NCBI RefSeq assembly: GCF_006345805.1
Contig: NC_042997.1
Location: 178,870,001 to 178,934,000 of the forward strand
Direction of reading: 5' to 3'
Source: Octopus sinensis
Taxonomy: Eukaryota
DNA length: 64,000 nucleotides
Of this stretch, positions 11,273 to 23,398 are shown one piece after another. The notes below the pieces were generated by a model. That model saw only the letters and a program-made list of their open reading frames with translations, was not told the DNA's origin and searched no databases. The position numbers and the translations under genes were made by a program. Position 1 is the first letter of the stretch; every line of letters begins with the position of its first letter.

Positions 11273-11940
11273 ATTCTGGGTTGTCCAGTATATACGCAGG
11301 GAAGCTTTACTATAGTGTCGTAAATGTATCGACTGTTATTTCCAGTAAATATTGGCGCCTTCTTGTACCACTACTCTATATTTATACTCCAACCATTATG
11401 GTGCTTTATTTTACTGGAAAGTGATACATTCGTATTGCAATATGTTATTTTTCATTGAAAACTTTTCCCCTGTTCTCTGTCAGTTAACGGCTAAGCGTTC
11501 AGGCGAGTATACTGGTATTGATATTGCAACATTTGAAGTATTTTTCATGTAAATCCAGCAGATGAACACTAATCAATTTTACGCTGACAAACGTATTTGA
11601 AGAGTCTGAAACCAAGGTACAGGATTATCCGATTCTGGGTTGTCTATTTTATCTAATGTTCTTGCTGGAGGTAAGACAAAATGTTTCATTTTGTTGCACT
11701 CACACGTCATTGTCAGTATCTACGATGTGAAGCTTTACAATAGCGTCGTAAATGTATCGACTGCTATTTCTAGTAAATATTGGTACCTTGTACAAGCATC
11801 ATAAAGGTAAATATAGAGGAGTGGTACAACAAGAAATATTTACTAGAAATAGCAGTCGATACATTTACGACGCTATAGTAAAGCTTATTTTACTGGAATG
11901 TAAAGCATTTGTATAGCAGTATTTTGTTTTTTCATTCAAC
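11272..11940. repeat. Local duplication containing a 52-bp inverted repeat
   Basis: AAGCTTTAC.ATAG.GTCGTAAATGTATCGACTG.TATTTC.AGTAAATATT occurs at ~11302 and at 11730-11781, and inverted at 11835-11886 (1 mismatch between the arms). Confidence 0.85.
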
Positions 11941-12166
11941 ACACACACACAGACACACACACACATATATATATATATATATGAGAGAAAGAGTATATAT
12001 ATGTTTGTATGTGTGAGTGTACCTGCTCCATTTCCAATCAATTATTGTCATATTAGTGCATAGGGCGGAACAAATATACACATATATATATGAAAATATA
12101 TATTTCTTCATTGAGAATAATTTGAACCCCTGCTATGCCGGATTTTTTATTCCCTAACAAATAAAA

Positions 12167-12680
<514 letters not shown>

Positions 12681-13116
12681 ATGAAATGCTCATGTATACA
12701 CACACAATATTTACGAATACTCATACACCTATGTTCCTACATGCCCTAACGCACAAAAACACACATATATTTTCACGCAAATCTCTGTTTTATTCGTATG
12801 GAAATTCCAATGAAATCGTCAACTGTTTTCTTTGATAACTTTTCTTTCTGAAAGAGAACCAAATTGTTAACAAATCAACCGTGTTGTATCCGCACTGTAT
12901 GTCACACAAAGCTGACCGTAAGCTACTGTGAGGCTAATACTATTGCTTTGTTATTACATTTACACATGCAATGAGGCAAAACACTCTCAAATTAACTATG
13001 GAATACGAATCATCTTTTGCTGTCGTTACCACATGTTTGCCTGCATGTTGTCTCCTCATAGATGCAGGAATTATGCTTGTCACACTTCTATCTTTATATT
13101 ATTACTTAGTCATCGT

Positions 13117-13201
<85 letters not shown>

Positions 13202-13864
13202 TGGCTAAGGAATAGTATAGGTTTACAGGAGTTTATATATATATATGAATTTTTTTATGTATATATGTATATGTATACAGCTATCTATCTAGGTCTCTCT
13301 TTATCCTCTATGTATGTATGTATGTGTGTATGTATGTATGTACGTATGTATGCATGTGTGTATGTATCTATTTATCTAATTTTTTAGTTTATGAAGTAAA
13401 TATATTCATGTATCTATAAATATAATCTCACACTGAAGAAAACATAGGAAAAATTTATCAAGGAAGACAACACACGAGTTTCTTATGGCGTAATCAAACA
13501 GTCTACTACAGCACGAGCGTTGTATCAGTTCCAACTACCAAGAATAGTAATTATTTGATTTAATAATACTAAAGAATACCATTATTTGCCATCTTATCGC
13601 ATCAGTAAGCTAAAATACATTCGTTGCTCCTTAACCACAAAAAATATGTTGATAGAATATATATGGCAATATTGTATGACACTAAAATTTTGAAATTGTT
13701 TGTTAACAGGAAACTTTATGAGAATATACTTTGTAATTAGCTATTTCTTAAAGAGTCATGATATTCTAAATATGACTCATAAATGTATGTTTATATATTT
13801 ACACATCTTTTTCTGAATATATCTCCCCATATCACTCTGTATGCATTTGTACATATCAAGGAGT

Positions 13865-14085
13865 GAGGGTTTCCAGGAGTTTGTGACTCAGGAGTATATA
13901 TTCCCAATATCTGTGACCAGGACGCCAGTCCGCCTCGCAGAATTACTCACTTTTGCCAGCTGAGTCACCCGAGAAAAGTGAAGTGAAGTGTTTTGCTCAA
14001 AAACACGAAGCATAGCCCGGTGCAGGAATTGAAACCAAAATCTCATGATCATGACAGTAACAACCTAACCATTAAGCTTTGCTCC
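13865..14085 (-). mobile_element. Family C SINE (diverged)
   Basis: GGACGCCAGTCCG...TTACTCACTTTTGCCAGCTGAGT...GTGAAGTGTTTTGCTCAA...CAGGAATTGAAACC is the reverse complement of the 41217-41480 copy. Confidence 0.75.
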
Positions 14086-14109
14086 AAGTCTGAAAAATGT
14101 TGCTATATT

Positions 14110-14275
14110 TCCCCTTGCAATTTTTCTTTTCCTGCCCGGTAGCAGTTTGTCGAAGACTGATTTTATTTTCCTCGCAAACATCAGCTCCGCTGGTGACATA
14201 CCTGCTGGTGTATTTGGATTTTGTGTAACATGTTATACTCTTAAGAATTGTCGTAGAGCTACCTCATCTGTGACT
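14110..14275 (-). pseudogene. Gypsy integrase C-terminal fragment
   Basis: DEVALRQFLRV*HVTQNPNTPAGMSPAELMFARKIKSVFDKLLPG matches the post-core integrase motif FL..YR.TP....G.SPAEL.FGR. Confidence 0.8.
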
Positions 14276-14279
14276 TACT

Positions 14280-14960
14280 CGACGTGGGTATATTTTGTAT
14301 CGCAGTTGCTCTGGATGCATCCGGTTTTCGTCCGTTTTTATCTATTATCTGGTGAAAATATTAAAATTTTTTCATAAAGAACTCACATCTTTTCTCCTTT
14401 AACTTGAAACCATATTCTCTAATATTCTCGAATATTCTTTTAACGTGTTCTGCATGTTGCTTATGTGATCAACGTTTTATAAGAATATCGTCTAAATAGG
14501 CGATAGCAAAAATCTCAGTCACCCAGAAATGTATCAATTATTTGCTGAGATAGGGAAGGGGCCACTTTTACACCAAAGAGAAGCTGCCTAAATCTAAATA
14601 AGCTACGGTGTATATTGATGGTAAATAACAGTGAGCATTCTTCTTCTACTTGGATTTGTAGATATACCTTCAAGAGATCTAATTTTCAGAAGAATTTCTC
14701 TCAATTCAATTTTGCAAGCACTTCCTCAGGATTCGGCAATGGGTAGTTATGTGAGATTAAGTAATTATTTAAACCAGTTGCAAAATCTGCACAAACTCTT
14801 AACTTATTTTTCTTTTTACGTAGACCGAAGGTTCTTCCCAGTGTAGTGGTCCATCTCGATTATTCCTGAGCTTTCAAGTTCTTTGTTTACCTAGTCCGTT
14901 GCTGCGAAAGGTACATTCCATTTTGACTTAAATATAGGTGTATTTAAGTCTTTCAGCCTC
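14280..14960 (-). pseudogene. Gypsy reverse transcriptase pseudogene
   Basis: KLRVCADFATGLN...HNYPLPNPEEVLAKLN...KLDL..VYLQIQVEEEC..LFTINIHRSLFRFRQLLFGVKVAPSLSQQIIDTFLG...AIAYLDDILIK (YLDD at 14487-14498)...IREYGFKLKEKRCEFF. Confidence 0.92.
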
Positions 14961-15009
14961 ATTCGAACCTTCCACTGGACCGACTATATTCCCACACAAA
15001 ACACTTATG

Positions 15010-15305
15010 GGCGTATTCCACAATTTAAATAGTTCCATTCACTCTGTGCCGAATAGATTAATTGAATTTTTTCACACATAATTTTACCGTTTTCATTTGG
15101 TCACGAAATGTTACATACACACAAGTTCACCAACAAAATAGCATTTTATCCGTAGCACCATGTGCTTCTGTTGTAGATTTACTTAATTTCGGCTTACCGA
15201 TATAATTCAAAGTTTTTCGTTCACGATAGTAATATCACTTCTAGTGTCTAATTGCCTTTTTACTCTTGGATTTTCAATTTTCACATTTACGAATTTTCTC
15301 GTCGT
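15010..15305 (-). pseudogene. Gypsy aspartic protease pseudogene
   Basis: RKFVNVKIENPRVKRQLDTRSDITIVNEK...IGKPKL...NLFGTE*MELFKLW (LDTG-type active site, here LDTR). Confidence 0.85.
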
Positions 15306-15465
15306 TATATAACCATTCTCTTTCGATGGCATGTTTATTCTTTTCCCCTTGTTCCACGTTTTATGATCTTGGTTTTACAGTGCGCTTTTGTGTGTCCAAT
15401 TTTTTCACAACGAAAGCGTTCCACTTTCTTAAATGGACAGTTTAAGAATGGACAGCAAAATTATT

Positions 15466-15881
15466 GGATCTTTTCGGTTTGAACGGCAGTTTTTTCTAGC
15501 GGTGTCATATAAAATTGTCACCCATAATTATGACCCTAGTATCGATCTATTGCATTTCTATCTGTTTTAGGGCTAGGGTTAGGTGTGGGGGGAAGGATGT
15601 CTTTTTTCTTCACAAATATAAATAAATCCAATCTGTTTCTTAAACGGGGGACATATTCATATGGCACAGAATGCTTTTTACCTCAATAGACGTAATTTAT
15701 TGGTTGAAATTGCAGAAATTGAAGAAAAAAAACAACAAATATCTTACAAACCATAGAATTTTCTCAATAAAGCCAAGAGAAAAAGATGTCTTATAAACAT
15801 ATTCTACCAGTATACGAAGTTAAAATTTTTTTAGTTACCTAGAAATTATGTTAAAAACTGCTGTTCAAATCGAAAAGATCA
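15466..15881 (+). mobile_element. GGATC-ended MITE copy 2 (full length), inserted in Gypsy gag
   Basis: TIRs GGATCTTTTCGGTTTGAACGGCAGTTTTT and AAAAACTGCTGTTCAAATCGAAAAGATC. TSD AAATTATT at 15458-15465 and 15882-15889. Internal TTAGGG-like units. Confidence 0.9.
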
Positions 15882-16163
15882 AAATTATTTTTTTTTACCT
15901 GATTCTTGTTCTGTTTGTACCGTACTTTAGTGCACACCTGATTTCTATTCTGCCTATTTCGCACTTGTTTCACTTGGGAGCAATCTTTATGTTCAATATT
16001 TTTTGTGTCGTATCAAATATTTATTAGTCTTTCACACTCATCTGTCACTTGTTGTAAGGTAACAACTTTGTCTTGTTTCAGCTTAGTGAGAATTCTTATT
16101 CTTACTACTGCATCTTTTTCTACAGTTAGTCCCTGAGTAAATATTAGGCACTCGAAAGTACCT

Positions 16164-16575
16164 ATTTCTTTACTACCCACAAGGGGCTAAACACAGAGAG
16201 GACAGACAAGGACAGACATAGGTATTAAGTCGATTACATCGACCCCAGTGCGTAACTGGTACTTAATTTATCGACCCCGAAAGGATGAAAGGCAAAGTTG
16301 ACCTCGGCGGAATTTGAACCCAGAACGTAACTGCAGACGAAATACCTGTTTCTTTATTACTCACAAGGGGCTAAACATAGAGAGGACAAACAAGGACAGA
16401 CATAGGTATTAAGTCGATTACATCGACCTCAGTGCGTAACTGGTACTTGATTTATCGACCCCGAAAGGATGAAGGGCAAAGTCGACCTCGGCGGAATTTG
16501 AACCCAGAACGTAACGGCAGACGAAATACGGCTACGCATTTCGCCCAGCGTGCTAACGATTCTGCCAGCTTGCCA
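16164..16575 (-). mobile_element. Family A SINE, partial dimer, inserted in Gypsy gag
   Basis: TSD CACTCGAAA(G/A)TACCT at 16149-16163 and 16576-16590. Two near-identical 3' portions (~16164-16345 and ~16350-16530). Confidence 0.92.
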
Positions 16576-17313
16576 CACTCGAAAATACCTGTCGTTAATT
16601 CGTCCAGCTCGCACTTTTCACATGACCTATTAACCCTACCAGCATATGTGATGTCATCCTCCTTGTTCTTTTCTAGGTTCAAACATTTCCAACGTGTATT
16701 GAACAGCAAGCTTTTCTCATTAAACATTTTACACGTCTTTTTTCAAGGTTTTTTTTCAAGAGTAAGTAATTGCTTAACGCTCATGTTCTCCTGCTGCCTG
16801 TTCACTTGAGATTAAACGCATTTTCATATCGTCTTCTCAATCTTTGCACACTTTATTGGAGGTTTGTTCGTATCTTCTATCGTACGCCTCGAAAGTAACT
16901 CCTTTGTCGTGTTCGTACTTAAACTCTGTTATTGAGTTTGCAATATAATTTGGCGAGAACACATTTTCAGCATTTCCTGACGAATTAATCTTCATTAATT
17001 GTGGTATTTGTTGCTGTAATAGTAATTGTTGTTGCTTCTGCTGTTGTTCTTGCAGTTTTAGCTGCTGCTGTTGTTGTTCTTTCAGTTGTTGTTGTTGATG
17101 TTGTTGTTGTTTCTGCTGTTCTTGCAGTTGTAGCCGCAGTTGTTTTTGCTTCAGCTGTTGTTCATGCAGTTGTACCTACTGTAGTTGTTCTTCTTTCAAT
17201 TGTTGTTGTTGCTGATTTTGCAACTCGAGCAAACCGACCAGCAAAATTTCCATAATTTTACGATTTTTTTACCGTAAAATTCGCACATGAAAAGCTTTTG
17301 TGAGTTTGTTTAT

Positions 17314-17326
17314 TCCTCGTCGCCGC
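17314..17326 (-). other. Primer-binding site complementary to the tRNA-Ser(GCU) 3' end
   Basis: Minus strand ...TACAACA-GCGGCGACGAGGA versus canonical TGGCGACGAGGAT, immediately after the LTR end. Confidence 0.75.
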
Positions 17327-17520
17327 TGTTGTAATCCTTTAAGTCGGATTCTTATAACGCGCACTTTGGTATAGTTGTTAGACCAGTAAAGACACGACTG
17401 TATAAGAACGTCTACCTTGTACTTTCACTCTATACTGACCGACGTCACCTCATTCATAGAGAGTAGTACATACCACACGTCACGTGGGTGGGGTGTACCA
17501 TTATTACTATTATCACCACA
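17327..17520 (-). mobile_element. Putative 5' LTR (~194 bp)
   Basis: Minus strand starts TGTGGTGAT and ends ATTACAACA (imperfect TG...CA inverted termini), directly upstream of the PBS. Confidence 0.65.
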
Positions 17521-17584
17521 TCAATATATATATATATATACCCTACTTCTGTATATGTATGTCAATTTGTATGTATGTATGTGA

Positions 17585-17617
<33 letters not shown>

Positions 17618-18235
17618 TATATATGTGTGTGTGTATGTGTGTGTGTGTTTGTATGAATATGTGTATGTGTGTGTGAGAGAGAGTGGTTTATATATATAAC
17701 TCATTAGCGCTATATCTACTTAAGTGGCAGTGCCAGTAAATAACTAGACTATACGTGCTCCACTATTTTGATAATGTTTTATATAAGTTCAAATCTCACC
17801 GGAGTTACTACAGCGTTTCTTCTTTTTAGCTTCGACGAAATAACTACCATCAATTCAATCGACCGTGTAAGTTCTTCAAAATTGTGTCGCCTTACATCAA
17901 AGTTAAAAATCCAATTTTAAAATATCTACAATTCTACATCAATTTTGAGTGAAATGTAAATTAACAGTTTAACAAAATTTAATTGTATGTATTACGGATA
18001 AATAAGCGTTGCTTTTTAATGAAATTTCTGGGTTATTCTCGGCTTGCTTTAATCAACATAAGTTGCAATACGGTAGGGAAATATAAAGTGGTATTTCTTG
18101 TAATTGTAACATGGTTGTAATAGTGACGCTGCATGACTCTCTGGATGTAGCGCAATATCAAGAATATGAATCATATAAATATAGTAATTGATTATATATG
18201 AAAAATTAATGGAAAAGTTTATCTTAAAAACATAG

Positions 18236-18393
18236 TTGGCGTGGTTCTGTGGTAAGTAGTTTGCTTCCCAACTACATAGTTGCGGGTTCAATCCTACTGC
18301 CTGGCACCTCGGGTGAGTCTCTTTTACTATAGCTTTGGGCCAACCAAAGCCTTCTGGGAGCATTTGGTAGAAGGAATTTGAAAGAAAACCGTC

Positions 18394-18447
<54 letters not shown>

Positions 18448-18620
18448 CTGAGTGTCTTTCTGTCCGTGTTTGTCCTCCCACTATCACTTGACTACCAGTA
18501 TTGATGCACTTACGTCCCCGTAACCTAGCAGTATTGGGGTCGATTCAATCGACCAAATATTCTACAAGGCTGTGCCCCAGAACGGTCACAGTCTAACGAC
18601 TGAAACGTGTAAGAGACGAC
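18236..18620 (+). mobile_element. Family B SINE (tRNA head, CORE-like segment, internal (TA)n(TG)n)
   Basis: GTGGTAAGTAGTTTGCTTCCCAAC...GGGTTCAATCC...GGCACCTCGGGTGAGTC...ACCAAAGCCTT, then a microsatellite, then GGGGTCGATTCAATCGAC. Confidence 0.8.
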
Positions 18621-21600
18621 AGAATATATGCTTGAGTCTTTTTATACTGTAACGATTAATATAACTTATAACTATATCACTTGGTGATGGATATGAATGA
18701 CTAAGGATAAAAGCTATGAAAGTGATTCGATAACGAGATGCAATAGATTCAAGTTCGCTTTTGGCTCTAGTCGTGTTTTCTCTAATATGTGTTGTAAAAT
18801 AATTATACACGTACAACTACTAAATGACCAGCTGAGACATGATTTCAATAGGAATCGACTTTTGTTCATTAATTTATCACATCGTGTTTTTATGATGACG
18901 TGTCATTTCTGTAAGGAAGTCTTCCCGTACTATCGAAATGCAAAAATAATCAGGATATCAACTATACTACAGCTTCCTTTTCATTGGTGAGATAACTGAA
19001 TACCATTGTTCACTAGTACCGATGCTTTTTGTAACAGTTGACTCTTGAAATGGTATAGAATTTTAAGCTCCTGTTCATTAAAAATAGAAAACAAGAGTTC
19101 CCGAGACGAAATTAAATATCAGTTGTTGCAACGTCTAGCACGCTGCTGTGTTATTGGTTAGACAAGAAAAGATCTCTCTAGAAATGTGGAGCTAAATTCT
19201 GCCGGTTAAATCTTGTATGTGACAGGTGGTCGAAAATTAATTATATGTAACCGGAATGTAAAATGAAATAATGTGATGCTGTTTTGTTACTAACGCAATT
19301 ATGTTGGATTGTGATTTGTTTCAAATATCAGATCTGAATAAACAACTTCAAATATGTTATAGAATAAGCAATATTTCTTTAGATGTAGAAATGTTGAATA
19401 AGTATTTACTTAAGAATTCCTGTAATGGCATTTCTGTAGGAAGACAGAATTCAAGTGTTACTGGATGAATAAACACGATCTAAAGGAGATTCTATAGGAT
19501 TTTGAACAGCAACTGCCCAATCGAATATGTATATAATTATATATTCCATAGAAATAATGTTTGGTATGTCTTGCATTTGGCGGAAACAAAGAAATCTATA
19601 GGAAGTCGAAACAATAGAATCTTTAAATCAAACCAAAACCTTTTCTTTACAAGAGCGTCCACAACAATAACCACGTAGCTATTAATCTGTAAGAGAATTA
19701 TTGTATAATAAACGCACTTTATTTAGCGGCTAATTGCTTCACTATTCTCACTGGCTGAGGATGTAATATATATTCTAAAACTTCGCTAGGTGTAAATCAC
19801 TTTCATGAGATTTTAGGACTCTTGCTTTCGGTTTAATGATTTTACCTTTGAAGTATTATGCGCGAATGAAAACTATATTTCATGGTAGTTTGATAGAAAT
19901 TCTAAGAAACAGGATACATATTTTCTCATAATGTTTAGCTGTAGAGAGTGTATGTACAGAAAAATAACCGATACTAAATAGAATCAAAAGAGTGTGGACG
20001 GCTCACTGATATCAAAACTATGTTATTCAGAGTAAATTTGCCATACTATGAAAGTGAATGTGATAGTTTAGGTGTCAGATATTTGTTATGATATTTGTTT
20101 ATCAATAGGAAGTACTTGATTTATCTCTTTAAAGTATGGGGAATATATTAGCTAAAGTTCCCGTGACAGTTTAAAACGACCTTGTTGATATTGAATCAGT
20201 AATTTGATATCACTACCATAATATTTATTTCAATTTCAATTGCTGGTAGCTAAGTAATACCATAGGAAAGTAACCGTAGTTTTGGAGATTAAACAATGAT
20301 TTCTTCTTTCAAAAAACAGTCATTTCACGAAAATCTTATTTACTTAAAACTTCGGGGCAAATAATTAATCCCTTTGTGTCAGTTTCACAGACTAAAAACA
20401 AAAGAAAACCAGATTTCATACAATAAGAACTAATCTAAAAATCAATCGGCAGTCATTTTATGATCAGTATAAAAAAGCAATAAAAAACAAGCAAAACAAA
20501 AAAAACACACCAAAAACAAAGGAAAAAGAAACACAAGACACGAGACAAAACAAGGTATTAAACATTATATTTTCACCTCTCTAGTAATTTTTGTTTATTT
20601 GAAATATAAAGGCAAACGAATACTTCAATTAGCAATAATTGAAATACGCCACTAGAATCTGATGACATATATAAGATGTATGTCACCAATCTTGTTTGTA
20701 TAAAAACAGCACCAATTATTGGTTACAACTACTGCTGATACCGATAATTAACTTGGTTAAAATAGATTGTAAATTATCAGAAAATAATACCAATCTCGTT
20801 TGACTTCTGTGAAAATCCTCACACATTTTGATCGTATATATTAGTTTTAGTGTGACAACGTTTCAGATAATGCTTTCAGTATTACAAAATGTTAATTGAA
20901 ATACAACCTCGAGTAATTACATTTCTACAGGGAAAACATCACAGTGGTGACAATAATGAAATAACAAGACACCCATAACTTTCCTAGATATTTTAGAGTA
21001 ACATCAACGGTAATTCTTTTCTTTTTTTAAGCTAATTAGCTACTGATTTTAACTTTTTTGAGACATTAAATTTTCAAAGGGTACTTTCTAAAGTGTTTAA
21101 ATTATAGCCGAAAAAACAACGGGAACTTCACAGAGAGAAATGTAAATTTGATTTTGAAAGGATTCTCCATGTTAATCTGCTTCTTTTTTATTTTCCACTT
21201 TTAATGATTCTTCATGCAATTAAATTAAGTCGCGTTGATGAGCTTCTCATTATGTATTGATGAGGAAAGCATAGAATAATAAAGGAGTAAAGTGAAATAA
21301 TGTCGTAGTTCGCATTGTAACGAGTCTCATCAGCAATGAATATAAATTTCCTTTGCTGCATTGACTGCAAATACTAAATCACATTAATTGATGTTATATC
21401 CTAGGTATGCATTTAATTCTTGCAGATAGGTCTATTTTTTATTGACCGAGGACATTAAATTTCCAGAAAAATAAGCAATTCATTCATTATCATTGGATTC
21501 CAAAGAGTCCAGACGGCTTTATATTTTTGTAGAAGATCTATAGAAAGGATGACAGAATTTTCCACTTTAAAATGAACATTATATTTAACAATATGTTGTA

Positions 21601-22409
21601 AACATAAAATTTTATAACTATGGACACCCCACCGAATTACTGATAGTTCAGAAGTTTTGTAATGACTTCTTTGAAGAGCAACTATAAACATTTATTCAGT
21701 CAGTATTGATATATGCTTCTCATCATGAATCTCCAGACAAATTTTATGATTATCTAAGCATGACATCATTTTAAAATGCATGTTTAGTATGACCGAATTC
21801 ATGCATGGTGTTAAAAAATCCATGAATACAAGTTTAGTGTTCAAAATTTCTTTTGGAACCTATGAATACAAAGTAACCTTTACGGTTTTAATTATACCTA
21901 CTAAAATTAAATATGATCCTCCTGGCATGTATTGACAGTAATTTACCAGGTACCTCATGGACAACACTATCTTAGTTACCATATTTTGAGGAAATTTCTA
22001 GCATTGTGCTCGTACACCACTACACAAGAAGACAATCCAATTTTTTGAATTCCTACTTGTGGATATATATTTACGTATGTACAAAGTATAATATATAAAT
22101 TCAGAGAATATATATATACATATATATTTGTGCATGTGTATGTATGCAATTTAAACCAATCCTTAATTACGGCTTCAGGCTAATTTTTCAAATCCTTCAC
22201 TCACTCGATAGCCTTTTTAAAAGTAGATATTATATACCTGGTCATTCGTTCCCCCGTTAATTGTTTGTTGTTCACGAGTTCATTTCTTTGTTGAAAGAGA
22301 TCCCTTCTTGCAAAGAGGAATGAAGCAAATCTAAAAAACCATCTTGTTATCTTTTTGAGTAACAAAAGAAGAGTATAGCGAAAAGACGTAACGGAACGCT
22401 GTTTGAAGA

Positions 22410-22800
22410 ATCATAAAACGCTTAATGTAAGATTTAAGATCATACATATCAGGGAAACAAGAAGAAGAGAGTTCCATAAGATATTTGGTTGGGAAGAAAC
22501 TGCTTGAGTAGAGAACACTTTTACGGAAGAGTGCAACAAAAGTGAAGATATGAACATTAGCAGAAAAACGAGCCACTCGATTAATAACTTTAAGGGGAGG
22601 TACAGAGAAAAATGTTCAAGAGAATAACAATTATAGAAATATTTATAGAATAAAGAAACAATGTCACAGTACTCAAGTTTAGCAGCTAAATAGATGAGAT
22701 TTACCTGCCAAAACAGGGCCACAAATGTAAGAAACTTAATTGATCAAAGAAGGAAAGAGCTTTAGCATCGATATTGGTAGATAAAGGGCAACAGCACACC
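22410..22800 (-). mobile_element. CR1/L2/Jockey-group LINE ORF2 C-terminal remnant
   Basis: Frameshifted translation IVSLFYKYFYNCYSLE...RVARFSANVHIFTF...YSSSFFP...LWNSL..SCFPDMYDLKSY matches the SLFYKY..G.CS.EL...R.TR...HP...YSSSFFPRT..LWNSLP..FP.SYDL..FK pattern. Confidence 0.75.
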
Positions 22801-22890
22801 ATACTAGTCTAAATAAGTGACTCATAAAGATGAATATAATGGAATGAAATATAAGGATGATCGGTCTTTAGAAAAATTTAACACATATAA

Positions 22891-23005
22891 GGCGGCGAGA
22901 TGGCAGAATCGTTAGCACGCCAGACAACATGCTTAGTAGAATTTCGTTGGTCTTTACGGTCTGAGTTCAAATGCCACTGAGGTTGGCATTGCCTTTCATT
23001 CATTT
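22891..23005 (+). mobile_element. Family A SINE 5' half, abutting a family B SINE
   Basis: GGCGGCGAGATGGCAGAATCGTTAGCACGCC...GAGTTCAAAT...GCCTTTCATT. Confidence 0.8.
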
Positions 23006-23007
23006 TA

Positions 23008-23398
23008 GGCGTAGGAGTGGCAGTGTGGTAAGTAGCTTGCTTACGAACCACATGGTTCCGGGTTCAATCTTTTACTATAACCTCGGGCCGGCCAAAGCCT
23101 TTTGAGTGAATTTGGTAGACGGAAACCGAAATGAGCCCATCGGTATATGTATATATATATAGTTATATATATATATCTGTGTGTGTATTCGTGTGTCTGT
23201 GTTTGTCCCCCAACTTCGGTTGACAACCGATGCTGGTGTGTTTACATCCCCGTAACTTAGTGGTTCGGTAAAAGAGCCCGATAGAATAAGTACTAGGCTT
23301 TCAAAGAATAAGTCTTGGGGTCACTTTGCTCGACTAAAGGCGGTGCTCCAGCATGGCTACAGTCAAATGACTGAAACAAGTAAAAGAGAGTAAAAGAG
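23008..23398 (+). mobile_element. Family B SINE, near full length
   Basis: GGCGTAGGAGTGGCAGTGTGGTAAGTAGCTTGC...GGGTTCAATC...GACTAAAGGCGGTGCTCCAGCATGGC...GACTGAAACAAGTAAAAGAG. Confidence 0.9.

Larger units (their letters stand above)
15370..17253 (-). pseudogene. Gypsy gag pseudogene with glutamine-rich N-terminus and C-terminal zinc knuckle
   Basis: ATG at 17253, then MEILLVGLLELQNQQQQQ...; FKYEHDKGVTFEAYDRRYE; NTRWKCLNLEKNKEDDITYAGRVNRSCEK; FECLIFTQGLTVEKDAVVRIRILTKLKQD; CPFKKVERFRCEKIGHTKAHCK. Confidence 0.85.
14100..17520 (-). mobile_element. Decayed Ty3/Gypsy LTR retrotransposon (Mag-like, K02A2.6-type gag-pol); 3' LTR not seen
   Basis: Minus-strand order is LTR, PBS, gag with CCHC, protease, RT (YLDD), integrase C-terminal piece. 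It has many stops and frameshifts and is interrupted by a MITE and a SINE. Confidence 0.92.

Noticed and set aside
12700-14100. Expected 3' LTR of the Gypsy element
   Set aside because: I found no sequence similar to 17327-17520. The element appears truncated at the family C SINE.
17001-17255. Plus-strand hydrophobic 84-aa ORF as a membrane protein
   Set aside because: It is the antisense reading of the Q-rich gag N-terminus.
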